A stretch of 64,000 nt of DNA from Malacoraja senta (lineage: Eukaryota): the NCBI GenBank assembly GCA_038087875.1, contig JAXLNO010000078.1, forward strand, positions 1 to 64,000, written 5' to 3'. Made by a program: the position numbers and the translations under genes. Of this stretch, positions 48,421 to 61,929 are shown piece after piece; position 1 is the first letter of the stretch; each line of letters opens with the position of its first letter. The notes under the pieces were generated by a model. The model had not been told where the DNA came from, made no database searches, and worked only from the letters and a program-made list of their open reading frames with translations.

Positions 48421-48805
48421 GCTAACAAATTATTTATTGCCAATACATTGCAGACTCTCAGTTCAGTTGAATCACAGCTTAGAATCACAGTTAGGGACTC
48501 TCCCTCACAATTTTCCAGAGTGAGTGACTCACGCCCGGCATCCGGGGCTAAATACTCCCGCCCCCCCGGAAGGGGCGTTGCCTTCACCATGGTGAGAGGA
48601 CCAATCAGCTAATCTCACGATTTTTTAAACATTCATATTTTTTTATTTTTCAGCGATCGGAAAAGTCCTTGGGGCTGCTGCAGCGGAGGAGGACTGTGAG
48701 TAAGATGGCAAAAATCATAGCGATATAGGGTACCGTTTTTTCTAAAAATCAATTAACTACTTAGAGAGGAAATGGTCAAGATGAGACTTTTAGTATAATG
48801 ACAGA

Positions 48806-49738
48806 TATTATTCATTCAGATGAATGGATTACAGGTAACATTAGCAAATTTGCACATGACACAAAGCTGGGTGTCAGTGTGAACTGTGAGGAGGATGCTA
48901 TGAGAATGCAGGGTGACTTGGACAGGTTGGTTGAGTGGGCAGATGGCATGGCAGATGCAGTTTAATTTGGATAAATAAATTATCCTTCTTTGGTAGCAAA
49001 ATAGGAAGGCAGATTATTCTCTAAATGGTGTCAAATTGTGAAAACTGGAAGTACAACGGGATCCGGGGGTCCTTGTTCATCAGTCAATGAAAGTAAGCAC
49101 GCAGGTGCAGCAGGCAGTGAAGAATGCGAATGGCATGTTGGCCTTCATACAAGAGGAGTCGAGTATAGGAGCATATAGGTCCTTCTGCAGTTGTACAGGC
49201 CCCTAGTGAGATCACACCTGAGTATTGTGTGAAGTTTTGATCTCCAAATTTGAGGAACGACATTCTTGCTATTGAGGGAGTTTAGCGTAGGTTCACAGGA
49301 TTAATTCCCGGGTGGTGGGGGCTGTCATATGCTAAGAGAATGGAACGGCTGGGCTTGTATATTCTGAATTTAGAAGGGTGAGAGGGATCTTATTGAAACA
49401 TATAAAAGATTATTAAGGGTTTGGACACGCTAGAGGCAGGAAACATATTCCCGATGTTGGGGGACTCCAGAACCAGGGGGCACTGTTTAAGAATAAGGGG
49501 TAAGCAGTTTAGAACGGAGATAAGGAAACAATTATTTCACACAGAGAGTTGTGAGTCTGTGGAAGCCGGTTTCTGGATACTTTCAACAGAGAGCTAGATA
49601 GGGTTCTTAAAGATAGCGGAGTTAGGGGATATGGGGAGAAGGCAGGAACGGGGTACTGATTGTGGATGATCAGCCATGATCACATTAAATGGCGTTGCTG
49701 GCTCGAAGGGTCGAATGGACTACACATGCACCTATTGT
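48806..49738 (+). mobile_element. CR1 LINE, right part (continuation of 36405-38201)
   Basis: Resumes ..SDEWITGNISKFAHDTKLG and runs to EKAGTGY* and the 3' UTR. Confidence 0.9.
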
Positions 49739-50133
49739 TCGCATAATCATAGATATCTCCTCAGATTTTAATTGCACATGATACTTGTAAAACATAAGAG
49801 AGGGTGCATATTGCAATTTATTGGTGCAGCTTAATGGAGAAAATTCAAAAGAAACCGCATTAAAGCGTTTACAAAATATTTAAGCTGATAACCGATGTTT
49901 GATCTATTGACGATTTCAACTGCAGAAACATGTCTCTACAGACTACCATTTTAACAGTGACGAAGGGCATGAAACAAACAACCTAATTAACGTGACGTGA
50001 TTGAATAATACCAATCTCATAGCGTGTTGATTCCACCCTTGAGGTTTCTGTAAAGTATAAGTACGAGCTAACTTTGAAAACGGGAGATCCGTGAGCCTAT
50101 TGAACTGACTAGAAAGGCATCTTCCAACTAAAT

Positions 50134-50202
50134 ATGAACAAGCCTGCACTCCTGAAGACGAGAGTATTTACAATCCTATTCTTGCAATCATTGGAGTCCC
50201 AG
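50134..50202 (+). CDS. Exon 1 of GPR139-like GPCR (apparent 1-nt frameshift)
   Basis: ATG at 50134 gives MNKPALLKT; the family-like ESIYNPILAIIGVP is in another frame and ends at a phase-1 donor AG|GTAGGT (50203), matching the phase-1 acceptor at 53063. Confidence 0.7.
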
Positions 50203-53063
50203 GTAGGTGAGCCAGAGAATGGTTTTACAGATGTACGTTGATGTGCTTGACAGACGATATTGAACATCATGGCAAACATATCTGAAACATTACAGATTTC
50301 TATGAAATTATTATTGCAAACAAAGTGCTGTCAAAAACAAAGTATCGTGCTGATCTCACTTGTGTACTGGATCTAAAAATCATGTGGAAAAATGATTGAA
50401 TTTCTCTGACGGGAAAATTATATATAAACGTTTTATAAGTAATATAATATTCTATATATTTTATATTAGTCAAGCCCACTGGACAGAACAAGCCCTCCTT
50501 CTCCACATCATACACAGTCCACCTGAACAATGGCCGATTCAACGCTTCCAAAGAGGGGTCTGCATATAAACGCGATGTTTCAAGCTCTTTCTATTTTCAT
50601 TCCATGCAGTTGATTTGCATAGCTTCATTATACGAAGAACAAGTAAACGTACGGCAGCTTGCGGCTGAGCATTATCGATCATAACTGATTTTAACTTTAG
50701 ACTTCACGCCGAAATTAAAAAAACAACGGTTTGATGGACGCTGTTCTCTGTATTCTGTAACTCTCGCTAAAGAATGTCAGTCATGTGTGCGAGTCCGTGC
50801 GCATGCTATGATCGCATGTGCCTCCATCTGCCTGATAACTTACCGCGAAATAAAACATGCAAGTCGAGGGATGCTGTCGGTGAGTTTCCATATAACACAC
50901 GTCTTTTTATTTCCATTGTGAATGCTCAGCTAAATTAGCTCACGGTTTACTGAGGCTGAGCAACGTGGTTTCTTTTAAAGCATTGTAACATTTAAATACA
51001 AGTTGCAACAAAGTGAAACTGTCTAATGGTCCTGATTTGACCTAGATTTGACAGCAGGGAAAAACAAAATTCGCCGTTGCATTTCAGGAAGATTTAATTT
51101 TTACATTCAGCAGACATTCAGAAGAAAGGTAAAACACTTGTTGCTTTTAGACACAAAATGCTGGAGTAACTCAGCGGGACAGGCAGCATCTCTGGAGAGA
51201 AGGAATGGGTGATGTTTTGGGTCACTTGTTGCTTTCAGACTGTTTTGCCAGATTTAAGCGCTAACATTTTTGTTCTTATCGCCGAGAGGGTTTTGAAGTG
51301 TTGAGGATCCATCTGCAAACTGCGATGGGTTGTGTAGCGGAGATTATGGCATGCTCCAAGTTTAGTAGTTTGGGTCGAGACTACGCCTAATCACTTCCAA
51401 GAGCACGCTCTCTCTTTACTCATGATGTTGCTGATCACCAAACGTGTATTAGATGCGGTACCTCGACATTATTGAGCTGAGATGTCGTATGTGCGCATTT
51501 AACCCATCAGACCTACAGCAGTCACAGCTCGAGAAATTGCATCGTGTTGCTTCTTTAAATGGTTACATATTTGCAAGTGTTCGAGATTATCAAACCGGAA
51601 TTAAACCTCTTCCTAGAGCCCTCCAACACGTATTGTCACACGGCCAACAGGGTTATTCCGGGGATGCGCACGCAGACCTCTAGCGGGTGGGTCTTACATT
51701 TATGTTTCCCAATGAATTCGTCTTGCAGGATAGACACGATCTCACGCATTTAGTGGTTTGCAAACTGCAAATTTTTAGCAGGAGAATGCTAACCTGTCAG
51801 TCAGTAGAGCCGGGTCGGGATGTACTTGTGTTGAAAGCCGATCATGACGGTTGAAGCTGTGAACTTATCGACAGGTTGTGCCTCTGCCGTTGAGTTGTGT
51901 TGCCCGGTTTTTGTTGGCTCTGGAGCAACGGTCTGCCATCTGTGATTGACTGAATTTCAAAGCATCAAGACACCACCGAAATAAAACTGGCGATAAATGT
52001 TAAGTATCAAAGGTTGTCTGGCTTTTCGAAAGTCTGGACCTCGGTCCATGAAATGTGTGCCGAATTCATGTGTGAATCGCATCCGCCGCACAGCCTATGT
52101 AGCGGATATCAGACGTCAGCCTGCTTGGTCAGCCATATCGGAAATGAATGTGTGTACGTGTACTCTAAGGGGAGAGAAATGGACAGCAGGTTGCCATGAA
52201 AATGTTAACGATTGTCCCTGCTAATTTATTACAGTAGAGGAACAGAATGAGGAATGTGAGAAGTGTGTATGCAGAGGGGGGGCAACAATGTACATGCTGC
52301 TGTGAGCTCTAAATATCACATTTGCAGATAAGCTGTGAAAATTAAATCTGTGTGATTATCAGTGGGGAGGCGCGGTTTCCACGAGATAAACTAAGGTAAC
52401 ATGAGTGCCAAACACGTGACAAATAAAATCTGATTTGGATTTCAGGCCAGGCAGGCTCCTATCACGTGGAATTGGTTTTACCATCTCCACAAGGATAGCC
52501 CACAATACTGCTACTGCTCGGAGCTGTGTGCTCAGTCCATGCTCTACTCCAAATACACCCATGTGTGTTTGACCACGTACAACAATAACTCGGTGTTTAA
52601 GTATGCCGATGATGCCACTGCTGACGGGCACTTCGACAAGAATGATGATACTAAGTAGAGGAAGGAAATCCGGTACATAGTGTCATTAAGTCAGGACACT
52701 ATCTAGCCGTTAACATCTCGGCGACACAGTTGGTGTGAACTAAAGGAAGCGGAGAGGACAAACACCGCCCCATCTCATCTCTAGATGTGATCAACATTTC
52801 GTGTTATGTGGCATTAATATCACCAAAACAATAGCTGGTCCCTTCACGGAGTAGCGATAACAACAAAGCGCAACAGTCTGTTCACTTTATGAGAAGTCTG
52901 AGAATTAAAAGGGGTCCAACCGTAAACCTGTGTAATATAGATTGTTATTCCAAAGTGTTATAGGCAAGAAAAACTCGTACACGCATGACAAATTGAAGCA
53001 AATGAATATATATTTCGCGGGTTATTTCTCGTTCGTAATTCAATTTTCATCTTTTGGTTGCAG

Positions 53064-54010
53064 CAAATTTGGTGGCAATCCTTATCCTGTCGTCTGGAAA
53101 GTGCGGCCTCACTAGATGTGTCATCCAGTATCTGAAATCAATGGCGGTAGCTGATCTAATTGTACTGGTTTCCGGTGTAATTCTCCATGAGATTAAAGAG
53201 GCATATTTTCCGCATTCATTCCTCAATTACACCCCAATTTGCAGTTTTGTTATTACACTGATGTATATTTCGCTCGATTGTTCCGTCTGGCTGACTGTCA
53301 CTTTTACATTCGATCGATTTGTTGCTATATGTTGCCAGTCGTTGCGTTCAAAATATTGTACCATGAAGACGGCATTGAAAGTAATAACAGCGGTGTTTAT
53401 GTTGAGTATTTTAGAAAATATTCCAATCTACTTTATATTTGAACCACGCGAAATAATTAACGATGTCCCATGGTCCTGTTATGTAATATCAAGTTTCTAC
53501 ACAATACCCACCTGGGTCGCGTATTTATGGTTTAAAACACTCTTAACCCCATTTGCGCCATTTGTGTTGATTCTTCTGCTTAATACCTTGACCATAAAGC
53601 ATATTATCATGGCCAACAGAGTCAGGAGAAAGCTCCGAGGGAGTAATAGAGAGGCATGTCAGACTGATCAAGAGACTGAGAACAGAAGGAAATCGATTAT
53701 TTTACTCGTTGCAATATCTGGCAACTTTATTTTCTTATGGATGGTAAACCTTGTGTGCTTCATCTGTATACAGTTTACAGATGCTCAATTGTTGGAAACA
53801 GATTACAACGACTCGTTCACCATTGCGGCAAAAAGTGGCTATATGCTGAGGCATTTGAGTACTTGCACAAACACTTTCATTTATGCAGTTTTTCAGAGAC
53901 ACTTCAGAGAGGAACTGAAGAATGTAATTTCACGTCCCTTTCTTGCCATTGCTAATATATTCAAACGTTTGAACACAAAAATAACTGTATCCAAATACGT
54001 AATGAAGTGA
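53064..54010 (+). CDS. Exon 2 of a class A orphan GPCR, GPR139/GPR142-like
   Basis: Pyrimidine tract plus TTGCAG acceptor; ANLVAILIL (TM1), MAVADL (TM2), TFDRFVAIC (DRY-like), PFVLILLLN (TM5), CTNTFIY (NPxxY-like); open to TGA at 54010. Confidence 0.88.
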
Positions 54011-54614
54011 GAATTTGCGAGGCACACATATATATCTGTAACATGTAATAGGATTTGTCGTGGTATCCCTTTCCACAATTTCTTGGGATTTTGTTCCTAC
54101 TTAGTTACCATGAACCAATAATAAACCAAAGAGATATTTTTGAAATATAATGTACGGTCATTGAAATAGTATATTTGTTTCCATTTACTCATCCCATTTA
54201 TGACGACAACTTAGTTTGAAGTCCATTGTCTACCATCAGAAGCAGAAAATCGTTCAAGTCAGTATAATATGGTTTATTATAAACCGGGCGGAATTAAAGA
54301 CAGACGGAATTTAAAAATAACGTTTTGTGGCCTGACGGACGCCAAGGGTAACTGAAAATTTAAATGATGTTCCTTGCCACTGAGCTGATGTAAACTTTTA
54401 ACAACGATATCATCCAACACAGTTCCTCTCCTTTTTGCCTTTCAATTCTGCACGTGCCTCTTATAATTTCATATAACTGTATCAATTCGTCCCGGTTTTC
54501 CCATTTCTCGGCATCCCTTGCCGCAATACATCTGCCTTCTTTACCCACAAGTATTTGCTTTCGCAAAATTCCTCACTTCTGACATCTCGGGATAAAATTC
54601 ACGTGCAATGTTCC

Positions 54615-56248
54615 ATCAAGGTGAACCCCAGTAAAGCTGCAGGTCCTGACAAGATACCGGGGCGTATGCTCAGAGACTGTGCTGACCAACTCACAGATGT
54701 TCTCACCGACATCTACAACACCTCTCTGAGCCAAGCCATCATACCAGCATGCTTCAAAGCGACCACCATCATACCGCTACCCAAGAAATCACCAGCGTCA
54801 ACACTGAATGACTACCGGCCCATAGCACTCACGTCCATCATGATGAAGTGCTTTGAAAGGTTGGTTAAGGCCCACATAACATCCAGTCTCCCCTCTACAC
54901 TTGACCCATTCCAGTTTGCATACCGTCCCAACCGTTCCACTGATGATGCCATAGCAACAGTACTCCACCTAAGCCTGGCTCATCTGGAAAACAATAACAG
55001 TTACGTGCGGTTGCTGTTCATCGATTTCAGCTCCGCCTTCAACACAGTCATCCCCCAACACCTGGTGAATAAACTCGGCGAAATAGGCATCAGCACCCCA
55101 CTATGCAACTGGTTACTGGACTTCCTCACCGACAGACCACAGACAGTAAGAGTTGGCAAAAACTCATCAGAGACCACCATCATGAACACCGGGGTCCCAC
55201 AGGGATGTGTGCTGAGCCCTCTGTTGTCCACGCTGATGACACATGACTGTTGTGCCAAACATAACTCGAACCACGTCATCAAGTTCGCAGATGACACAAC
55301 AGTGGTGGGCCTCATCAGCCACGATGACGACTCAGCCTACAGAGAGGAGGTACGACAACTCATCAACTGGTGTGACATCAATAACATTCAACTCAATGTC
55401 AATAAAACAAAATAAATAACTGTGGACTTCAGGAAGAAACAGACAGCACACACCCCACTCACCATAAATGGCAGTGCAGTGGAGTCTGTGAAAAGCACCA
55501 AGTTCCTGGGAGTACACACCACAGATGATGAGACATGGTCCACCAACACCATCTGCCTAGTTAAGAAAGCACAGCAACGCCTCCACTTCCTTCGACGGAT
55601 GAGGAGAGCCGACCACCCCCCTTCTGCCCTCACAACTTTTTACAGGGGTGCCATTGAGAGCATTCTTACCAGCAGTCTCTCAGTCTGGTATGGCAGTTGC
55701 TCTGCTGCTGACCAGAAGGCCCTACAGAGAGTATTGAGGAGAGCGGAGAAGATCACTAGATCACCCCAACCAGCAATCCAGGACTTATACCCATCTCGCT
55801 GTCGCAAGAGAGCAACCAATATCATCAAAGACACCACCCACCCAGCACACAAACTGTTCACCCTCCTACCATCCGGCAAGCGCTACCGCAGCATGCAGAG
55901 CAAAACCACAAGATTCAAAAACAGCTTTTTCCCTCAGGCCATCAGACTACTCAACACACTCAAGAAAATTCCATGAACATTACACAAACAAAGACCAACT
56001 GACTGTCAAATTAACTTTAACCCAATGTCTGCAGTATGCTATTTGCACTTTTCTATATTGCACCTTTTATTAATGAATATTTTATATAATGTATATGTCC
56101 ATTGTCTATTTTTATTGGTATATTGTCTGTCTGTGTTATAAATATTACGTGCACATTGGAGTATGGGGAAACGCAATTTCAATCCTCTGTGTAACTACTT
56201 GTTGCATTATTTGAATTGACAATAAAGTTACTATTACTATTACTATTA
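54615..56248 (+). mobile_element. Rex1/Babar-type LINE, 5'-truncated
   Basis: [75 protein letters not shown]; single stop at 55413-55415; AATAAA plus (TTACTA)n tail. Confidence 0.9.
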
Positions 56249-57549
56249 CAAGGTTTCTATCTGTTCGATATTCAGCTGCAGGTTCAGTTAATTTTCCTCA
56301 CGGTACACAACATCCATGTTTTTCCTGTCATCCTCAAACTCACTAATCATATCTCCAACATTCGCACTGAATTAGCAATTATATGAAAAAAAGCAAAGAT
56401 CCATCACCGATCTAAAGTCCACCGGTGGCCGCATATTTTCTAATGAGATAATAAATCTTCCACCACCACCCCGGGGCCTTATCACAAAAATGACAACATT
56501 GCATTGATCTCCCTGTGAATTAGACTACTGGCCTGCTCTACATTGCGAGATCTTGACAAGTGCCTGAATAAAATCCATTTAGGCATTGTTCACTGCCTTC
56601 ATCCATATTATTAAATGCCGCAATATTTGTGAAGTGTTCCCACGCACAATTACACGCTGACTATACCTGATGAGACATTGCTTCAGATTTAACTCTCCTT
56701 GGACCATAAGACTTTAAGACATTGGAGCACAATTAAGTTATTCGACCCGTCGACTCTGCCAGTCGATCATGGCGAATTTTCTTTCCTTCTCAACCGCATT
56801 CTCCTTCATTCTCTCGGTAGCTTTGGACGTCCTTACTGATCAAGGGCATATGTATCGATTATCGGTTTATAAAGTACCATATGTTCTGACCTCTACAGAC
56901 ATTTGTGGCAAAGACTTTCAAATATGCACCGCGTTATGGCTAAACAATCTCCTCTTTTGACCACTGTAATCCTTATTCATTCAATGAATTCTAAGTGCAC
57001 TCCATACCTTGATATGATCCATAATAGGTAAATAAACTTTTGTTACCCTGCTACAACATCATTAAATGTTTGCACAGTTGCCGGAAAGGAAAGTGAAAAT
57101 TACTGTAATGGAATAAAAGAAAAACGTGGAAGCTAAAACCTTTTATATTTCTCCACCGGAATGTTGACTGTTGCTCGTCGCACAGATAATGGTTCTCCAG
57201 CATTTACTTTTTCCAGTTCAGATCAGCACATTTGTTACTTGATCTTCACCTTACTATCTGAATGAAGGTGGCAATTGCATAGTTTAACAACCTGCGACTC
57301 CTAAACTAGTATGAAGCAAAGAATAGGTTGTGTAAACAGGCCCGTACGAAGGTTTACCAAATGGGGGTGGCATGACAGGATTACAAAAGAATTAATGTAA
57401 AATAATGTGCGTGGAGTCCCTCGATGCCAGGGTCCAGGGCCCGCTTTAGGGCCCAGGAAGTCCAGGGGTTTTAGATGCTCTCTGATGCATCCTGAGCCTT
57501 ATTTTGGAGCGTTTTTGCAGCAAATCTATGACCAATATTTCAGAAATTT

Positions 57550-60385
57550 ACAGGAATCTGAGAGGTAGCTTTTTCACACAACGGGTGGTGGGTGTATGGA
57601 ACGAGCTGCCAGAGGAGGTAGTTAAGGCTGGGACTATCCTAATATTTAAGAGACATTTTCACACGTACATGGATAGGAGAGGTTTAGATGGATATGGGCC
57701 AAACGCGCGTGAGTGGGTCTAGTGTAGCTGGGAATGTTGGTCGGTGTGGGCAAGTTAGGCTGAAGGGCCTGTTTCCACACTGCACCACTCTATGACTAAA
57801 AAGTTAAGAAGAAAAATGCATGTAGATAAGTAGAGCAGATTTGAAAGAGGAGTGAAATGTAAAGGCGGAGAGAGGTTTATGGGTGGAAAGGAACATAGGA
57901 AAGGAGGGGAGGGTGGGCTTGGGCAGATGGATGAACGGAAAATAGACACAAAGTGCTGGAGTAACTCAGTGGGTCAGGCAGCATCTGTGGAGAACATGGA
58001 TCGGTGACGTTTCACGGAGTGCTGGTGTAACTCAGTGGGTCAGGCAGCATCTCTGGAGAAAAGGTATAGATTATATTTCGAGTCAAGCCCCCTTTTCAGT
58101 AATATGCATGATGTGACATGCATAGACATTCCTGCATGTCACCCAAACCATCGTGAACTACTTTGTGACGATGCTTGCCCTTCCCTACAACGTCTCTGCT
58201 GCCTTGGGTGATGCAGGACAGGACACGAACTTTGGGACATGGTGTGAAGCTGTTGCAGTATGTCCCAGCCTGGTAAAAGCCTGGATGGAGTGGATGTGGA
58301 GAGGATGTTTCCACGAGTGGGAGAGTCTAGGACCAGTGGCCACAGCCTCAGAATTAAAAGACGTCCCTTTAGGAAGGATATGAGCAGAGGGTGGTGAACT
58401 GTGGAATTCATTGCCACAGACAGCTGTGGAGGCAAGTGGACATTTTTCAGAAGGAGATTGATAGATTCGTGATTGATACGGGTGTCAGAGGTAATGGGGA
58501 GGGCAGGAGAATGGGTTTGAGAGGGAAAGATATATAGTCATAGAGTGATACAGTGTGGAAACAGGCCCTTCGGCCCAGCATGTCCCATCTACACTAGTCC
58601 CACCTGCCCACGTTTGATCCATATCCCTCCAAACCTGTCCTATCCATGCACCTGCCTAACTGTTTCTTAAATGTTGCGGTTGTCCCTGCCTCAATTACCT
58701 CATCTGGCAGCTTGTTCCATACACCTACCACCCCTTGTGTGAAAAATATACCCCTCAGATTCCTATTAAATCTTTTCCCCTTCATCTTAAACTTATATCC
58801 TCTGCTCCTCGATTCACCTACTCTGGGCAAAAGACTCAAGAGAGTTCAAGAGAGTTTTATTGTCATGTGTCCCTGATAGGACAATGAAATGCTTGCTTTG
58901 CTTTAGCACACCAGAACATAGTAGGCACGAATACTGAACAGATCAGTGTGTCCATATACAATTGCATAAATATATACACACATGAATAATTAAACTGATA
59001 AAGTGCAAATAAACAGATTATTGGCTATTAATGTTCAGAGTTTTGTCCGAGCCGAGATTAATAGCCTGATGGCTGTGGGGAAGTAGCTGTTCCTGAACCT
59101 GGTCGTTGCAGTTTTCAGGCTCCTGTACCTTCTACCTGAAGGTAGTGGGGAGATGAGTGTATGGCCCGGACCTGATCTATTAAAATAATGATTTTATACA
59201 CCTCTATTAGATCATCCCTCATCCTCCTGTGCTCCATTAAATAGATGTATGGAGTCAACCTGATCTATTCAAATCATGATTTTATACACCTCTATTAGAT
59301 CATCCCTCATCCTCCTGCGCTCCATGAAATAGAGTCCCAGCCTACTCATCCTCTCCCTATAGCTCTGGCCCTCTAGTCCTTGCAACATCCTCGTAAATCT
59401 TCACTGTACCCTTTCCAGTTTGATGACATATTTCCTATAACATGGTGCCCAGAACTGAACACAATACTCTGAATGCGGCCTCACCAACTTCTTATCCAAA
59501 TGCAACATGACCTCCAACTTCTATACTCAGCCTGACCCGCTGAGTTACTCCAGCACTCTGCGAAACATCACAGAACAGGGCAAGATTAACAAGTTTGCTG
59601 ATGATACAGATGTGAGTGGTTTTGCAGATAGTGGATGTGGTTGTGAAAGATTGCAGCAGGATCTGGATCAATTAGCCAGGTGGGCAGAGGAATGGTTGAT
59701 GGTTGCATGGTTCCTTGAAGGTCGAGTCGCAGGTATATCAGGTGGTCAAAAAGTATTTTGGCATTTTGGCCTTCATCAGTCAGAGTATTGAGTAAAGAGG
59801 TTGGGAGGTCATGTTGCAGTTGTATAAGACGTTCGTGAGACCGCATTTAGAATATTGTGTTCAGTTCTGGGCATCATGTTATAGGGAAGATGTCAAACTG
59901 GAAGGAGTACAGGGAAGATTTATGAGGATGTTGCCAGGACTAGAGGGTGTGAGCTATCGGGAGAGTTTGAGTAAGTTGGGACTCTATTCCATGGAGCGCA
60001 GGAGGATGAGGGGGAATCTTATAGAGGTGTACAAAATCATTAGAGGAATAGTTCGGGTAGATGCACAGTCTTTTGCCCAGAGTAGGGGAATCGAGGACCA
60101 GATAACATAGGTTCAAGGTAAAGCGGTAAAGATTTAATAGGAATCCGAACGGTAACTTTTTCACACAAAGGGTGGTGGGTGTGTGGAACGAGCTGCCAGA
60201 GGAGGTAGTTGAGGTTGGGACTATCCCATCGTTTAAGAAACAGTTACGCAGGTACATGGATAGGACAGGTTTGGAGGGATATGACCAACCGCAGGCAAGT
60301 GGAATTAGTGTAGTTGGGACATTGTTAGCCGGTGTGGGCAAATTGGGCCAAAGGGCCTGTTTCCACACTGTGTCACTCTATGACT
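57550..60385. mobile_element. Cluster of CR1 3' fragments on both strands with short Penelope-derived and Rex-like pieces
   Basis: FFTQRVVGVWNELP pieces at ~57550 (+), 58535-59525 (-) and 59575-60385 (+); TGCTGGAGTAACTCAG motif at ~57953. Confidence 0.8.
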
Positions 60386-60422
60386 ATCCATGTTCTCCAG
60401 AGATGCTGCCTGACCCATTGCG

Positions 60423-61850
60423 GCAGATTGTGCTTCCTCAGCTGCCGTAGGAAGAACATCCTCTGTTGTGCCTTTTTGACTGTGGAGTCAAACGTAGCCC
60501 CCCACTTAAGGTCATTGGAGATGATGGTTCCCAGGAATTTAAAAGACTCCACAGATGTGACTGTGGTGTTGTTGAGGGTGAGTGGGGCGAGGGGAGGGGA
60601 TGCTCTCCTAAAGTCTGCAATCAATTCCACTGTCTTAAGAGCATTGAGCTCCAGGTTGTTGCTACGGCACTAGGACGCCAGCAGTGACACTTCCTGTCTG
60701 CAGGCAGATTCCTCCCCATCCTGGATCAGTCCAATCAGGGTTGTGTCGTCCGCAAACCTGATAAGCTTGACAGATGTGTCTGTGGTGATGCAGTCATTGG
60801 TGTAGAGAGAGTAGAGGAGAGGGGGGAGTACGCAGCCTTGCGGTGCTCCTATGCTGAGCGTTTGCGGGTCCGATATGTGCTTTCCCAGCCTCACACGCTG
60901 CTTCCTGTCTGTCAGAAAGTTGGTGATCCACCGACAGAGGGGTTCAGGCACAGTGAACTCGGAAAGTTTGGAGTGTGGTAGCTCTGGCACAATGCAGAGC
61001 TAATATCAACAACTAAAATCCTCGCAAAGGTCCCCTGGCGTTCTAGGTGCTGGAGGATGAAGTGCAGGCCCAGATTGACTGCGTCATCCACAGATCTATT
61101 GGGCCAATATGCAAACTGCAGGGGGATTGTGATATTTTTCAGCTTCGCCAGCACAAGCCTTTCGAGTGTCTTCATGACTACAGAGGTCAGTGCGACAGGC
61201 CTGTAGTCATTAAGACAAGTAATCCTTGCCTTTTTGGGTACAGGGACAATAGTGGGGACTTTGAAACAGGCAGGGACAATACATGTTTGCAGGGACTGGT
61301 AAAAATTGTCTGTGAGATTTCCGGCTTTTCTGTCTTCTGAAAAGCCTCTCCACCTCCTCTATTTTAATTGTTGATGAAGTGATGTTGTTCAGCAAGGAGG
61401 GAGTGGGTAATTGGGTGTGAAGTCGTGATTGGAGTGGCGTGGGTGTAGAAGGGTCCAGTCTTTGCAGACTGAGGTCAGGCTGTGAGTGGGTGTGAAGTGT
61501 TGGTTGGGGTGGGAAAGGGTCCAGTCTTTTCATACTGGAGTCTTGCCTTATGTAGGTGTGAAGTGGTGAATGGGAAGGAGAGGGTGCAGGGTCCATTCTT
61601 TGCAGACTGGGGTCTGGCTGTGTTTGTTGGGAGGGGGTACCAGGGATACGTTTCTGATTTTCAAACCTGCAGTAAAATTCATTCAGTTCGTTGGTCAGCT
61701 GACGATTATCCAAAGAGCGGGCGGCTTTCCTCTAATAGCTGGTGATTTCTTGCATGCCCTTCCAAACTGAAGAAGAGTCACTGGCTGAGAACTTGCACCT
61801 CAACTTCTCAGAGTACATTTTCTTGGCAGCTCTGATTCCTCTTCTCAGCT
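60423..61850 (-). mobile_element. Rex1/Babar-type LINE fragment, decayed
   Basis: [63 protein letters not shown]. Confidence 0.88.
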
Positions 61851-61929
61851 CTTTATCGATTAGGCTATCTTTTAACTTTAACGATTAGGCTATCGCCTTG
61901 ACGCATATTTGGTTTCTCCTTTCTCCCTC

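Larger units (their letters stand above)
38202..48805 (-). mobile_element. Non-autonomous Helitron expanded to 10.6 kb by a nested CR1 insertion
   Basis: Minus strand starts A|TCTGTCATTATACTAAAAGTCTCATCTTGACC at 48805 and ends GGGACCCAAAGGATCCCACTTAGTCTAG|T at 38202; removing it restores the host CR1 reading frame. Confidence 0.88.

Noticed and set aside
39388..48612. SSQVK/KSSQ-rich ORFs flanking the CR1
   Set aside because: Translations of the TCAAG satellite.
51300..52920. Gene inside the GPCR intron
   Set aside because: Only short ORFs; traces such as AAGTATGCCGATGATGCC (KYADDA) suggest a very old LINE remnant, too decayed to delimit.
53054..54010. Single-exon GPCR, or assignment of the symbol GPR139
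   Set aside because: The TTG start lies in the acceptor tract and the first half of TM1 is at 50160-50202; orthology to GPR139 cannot be established by eye.
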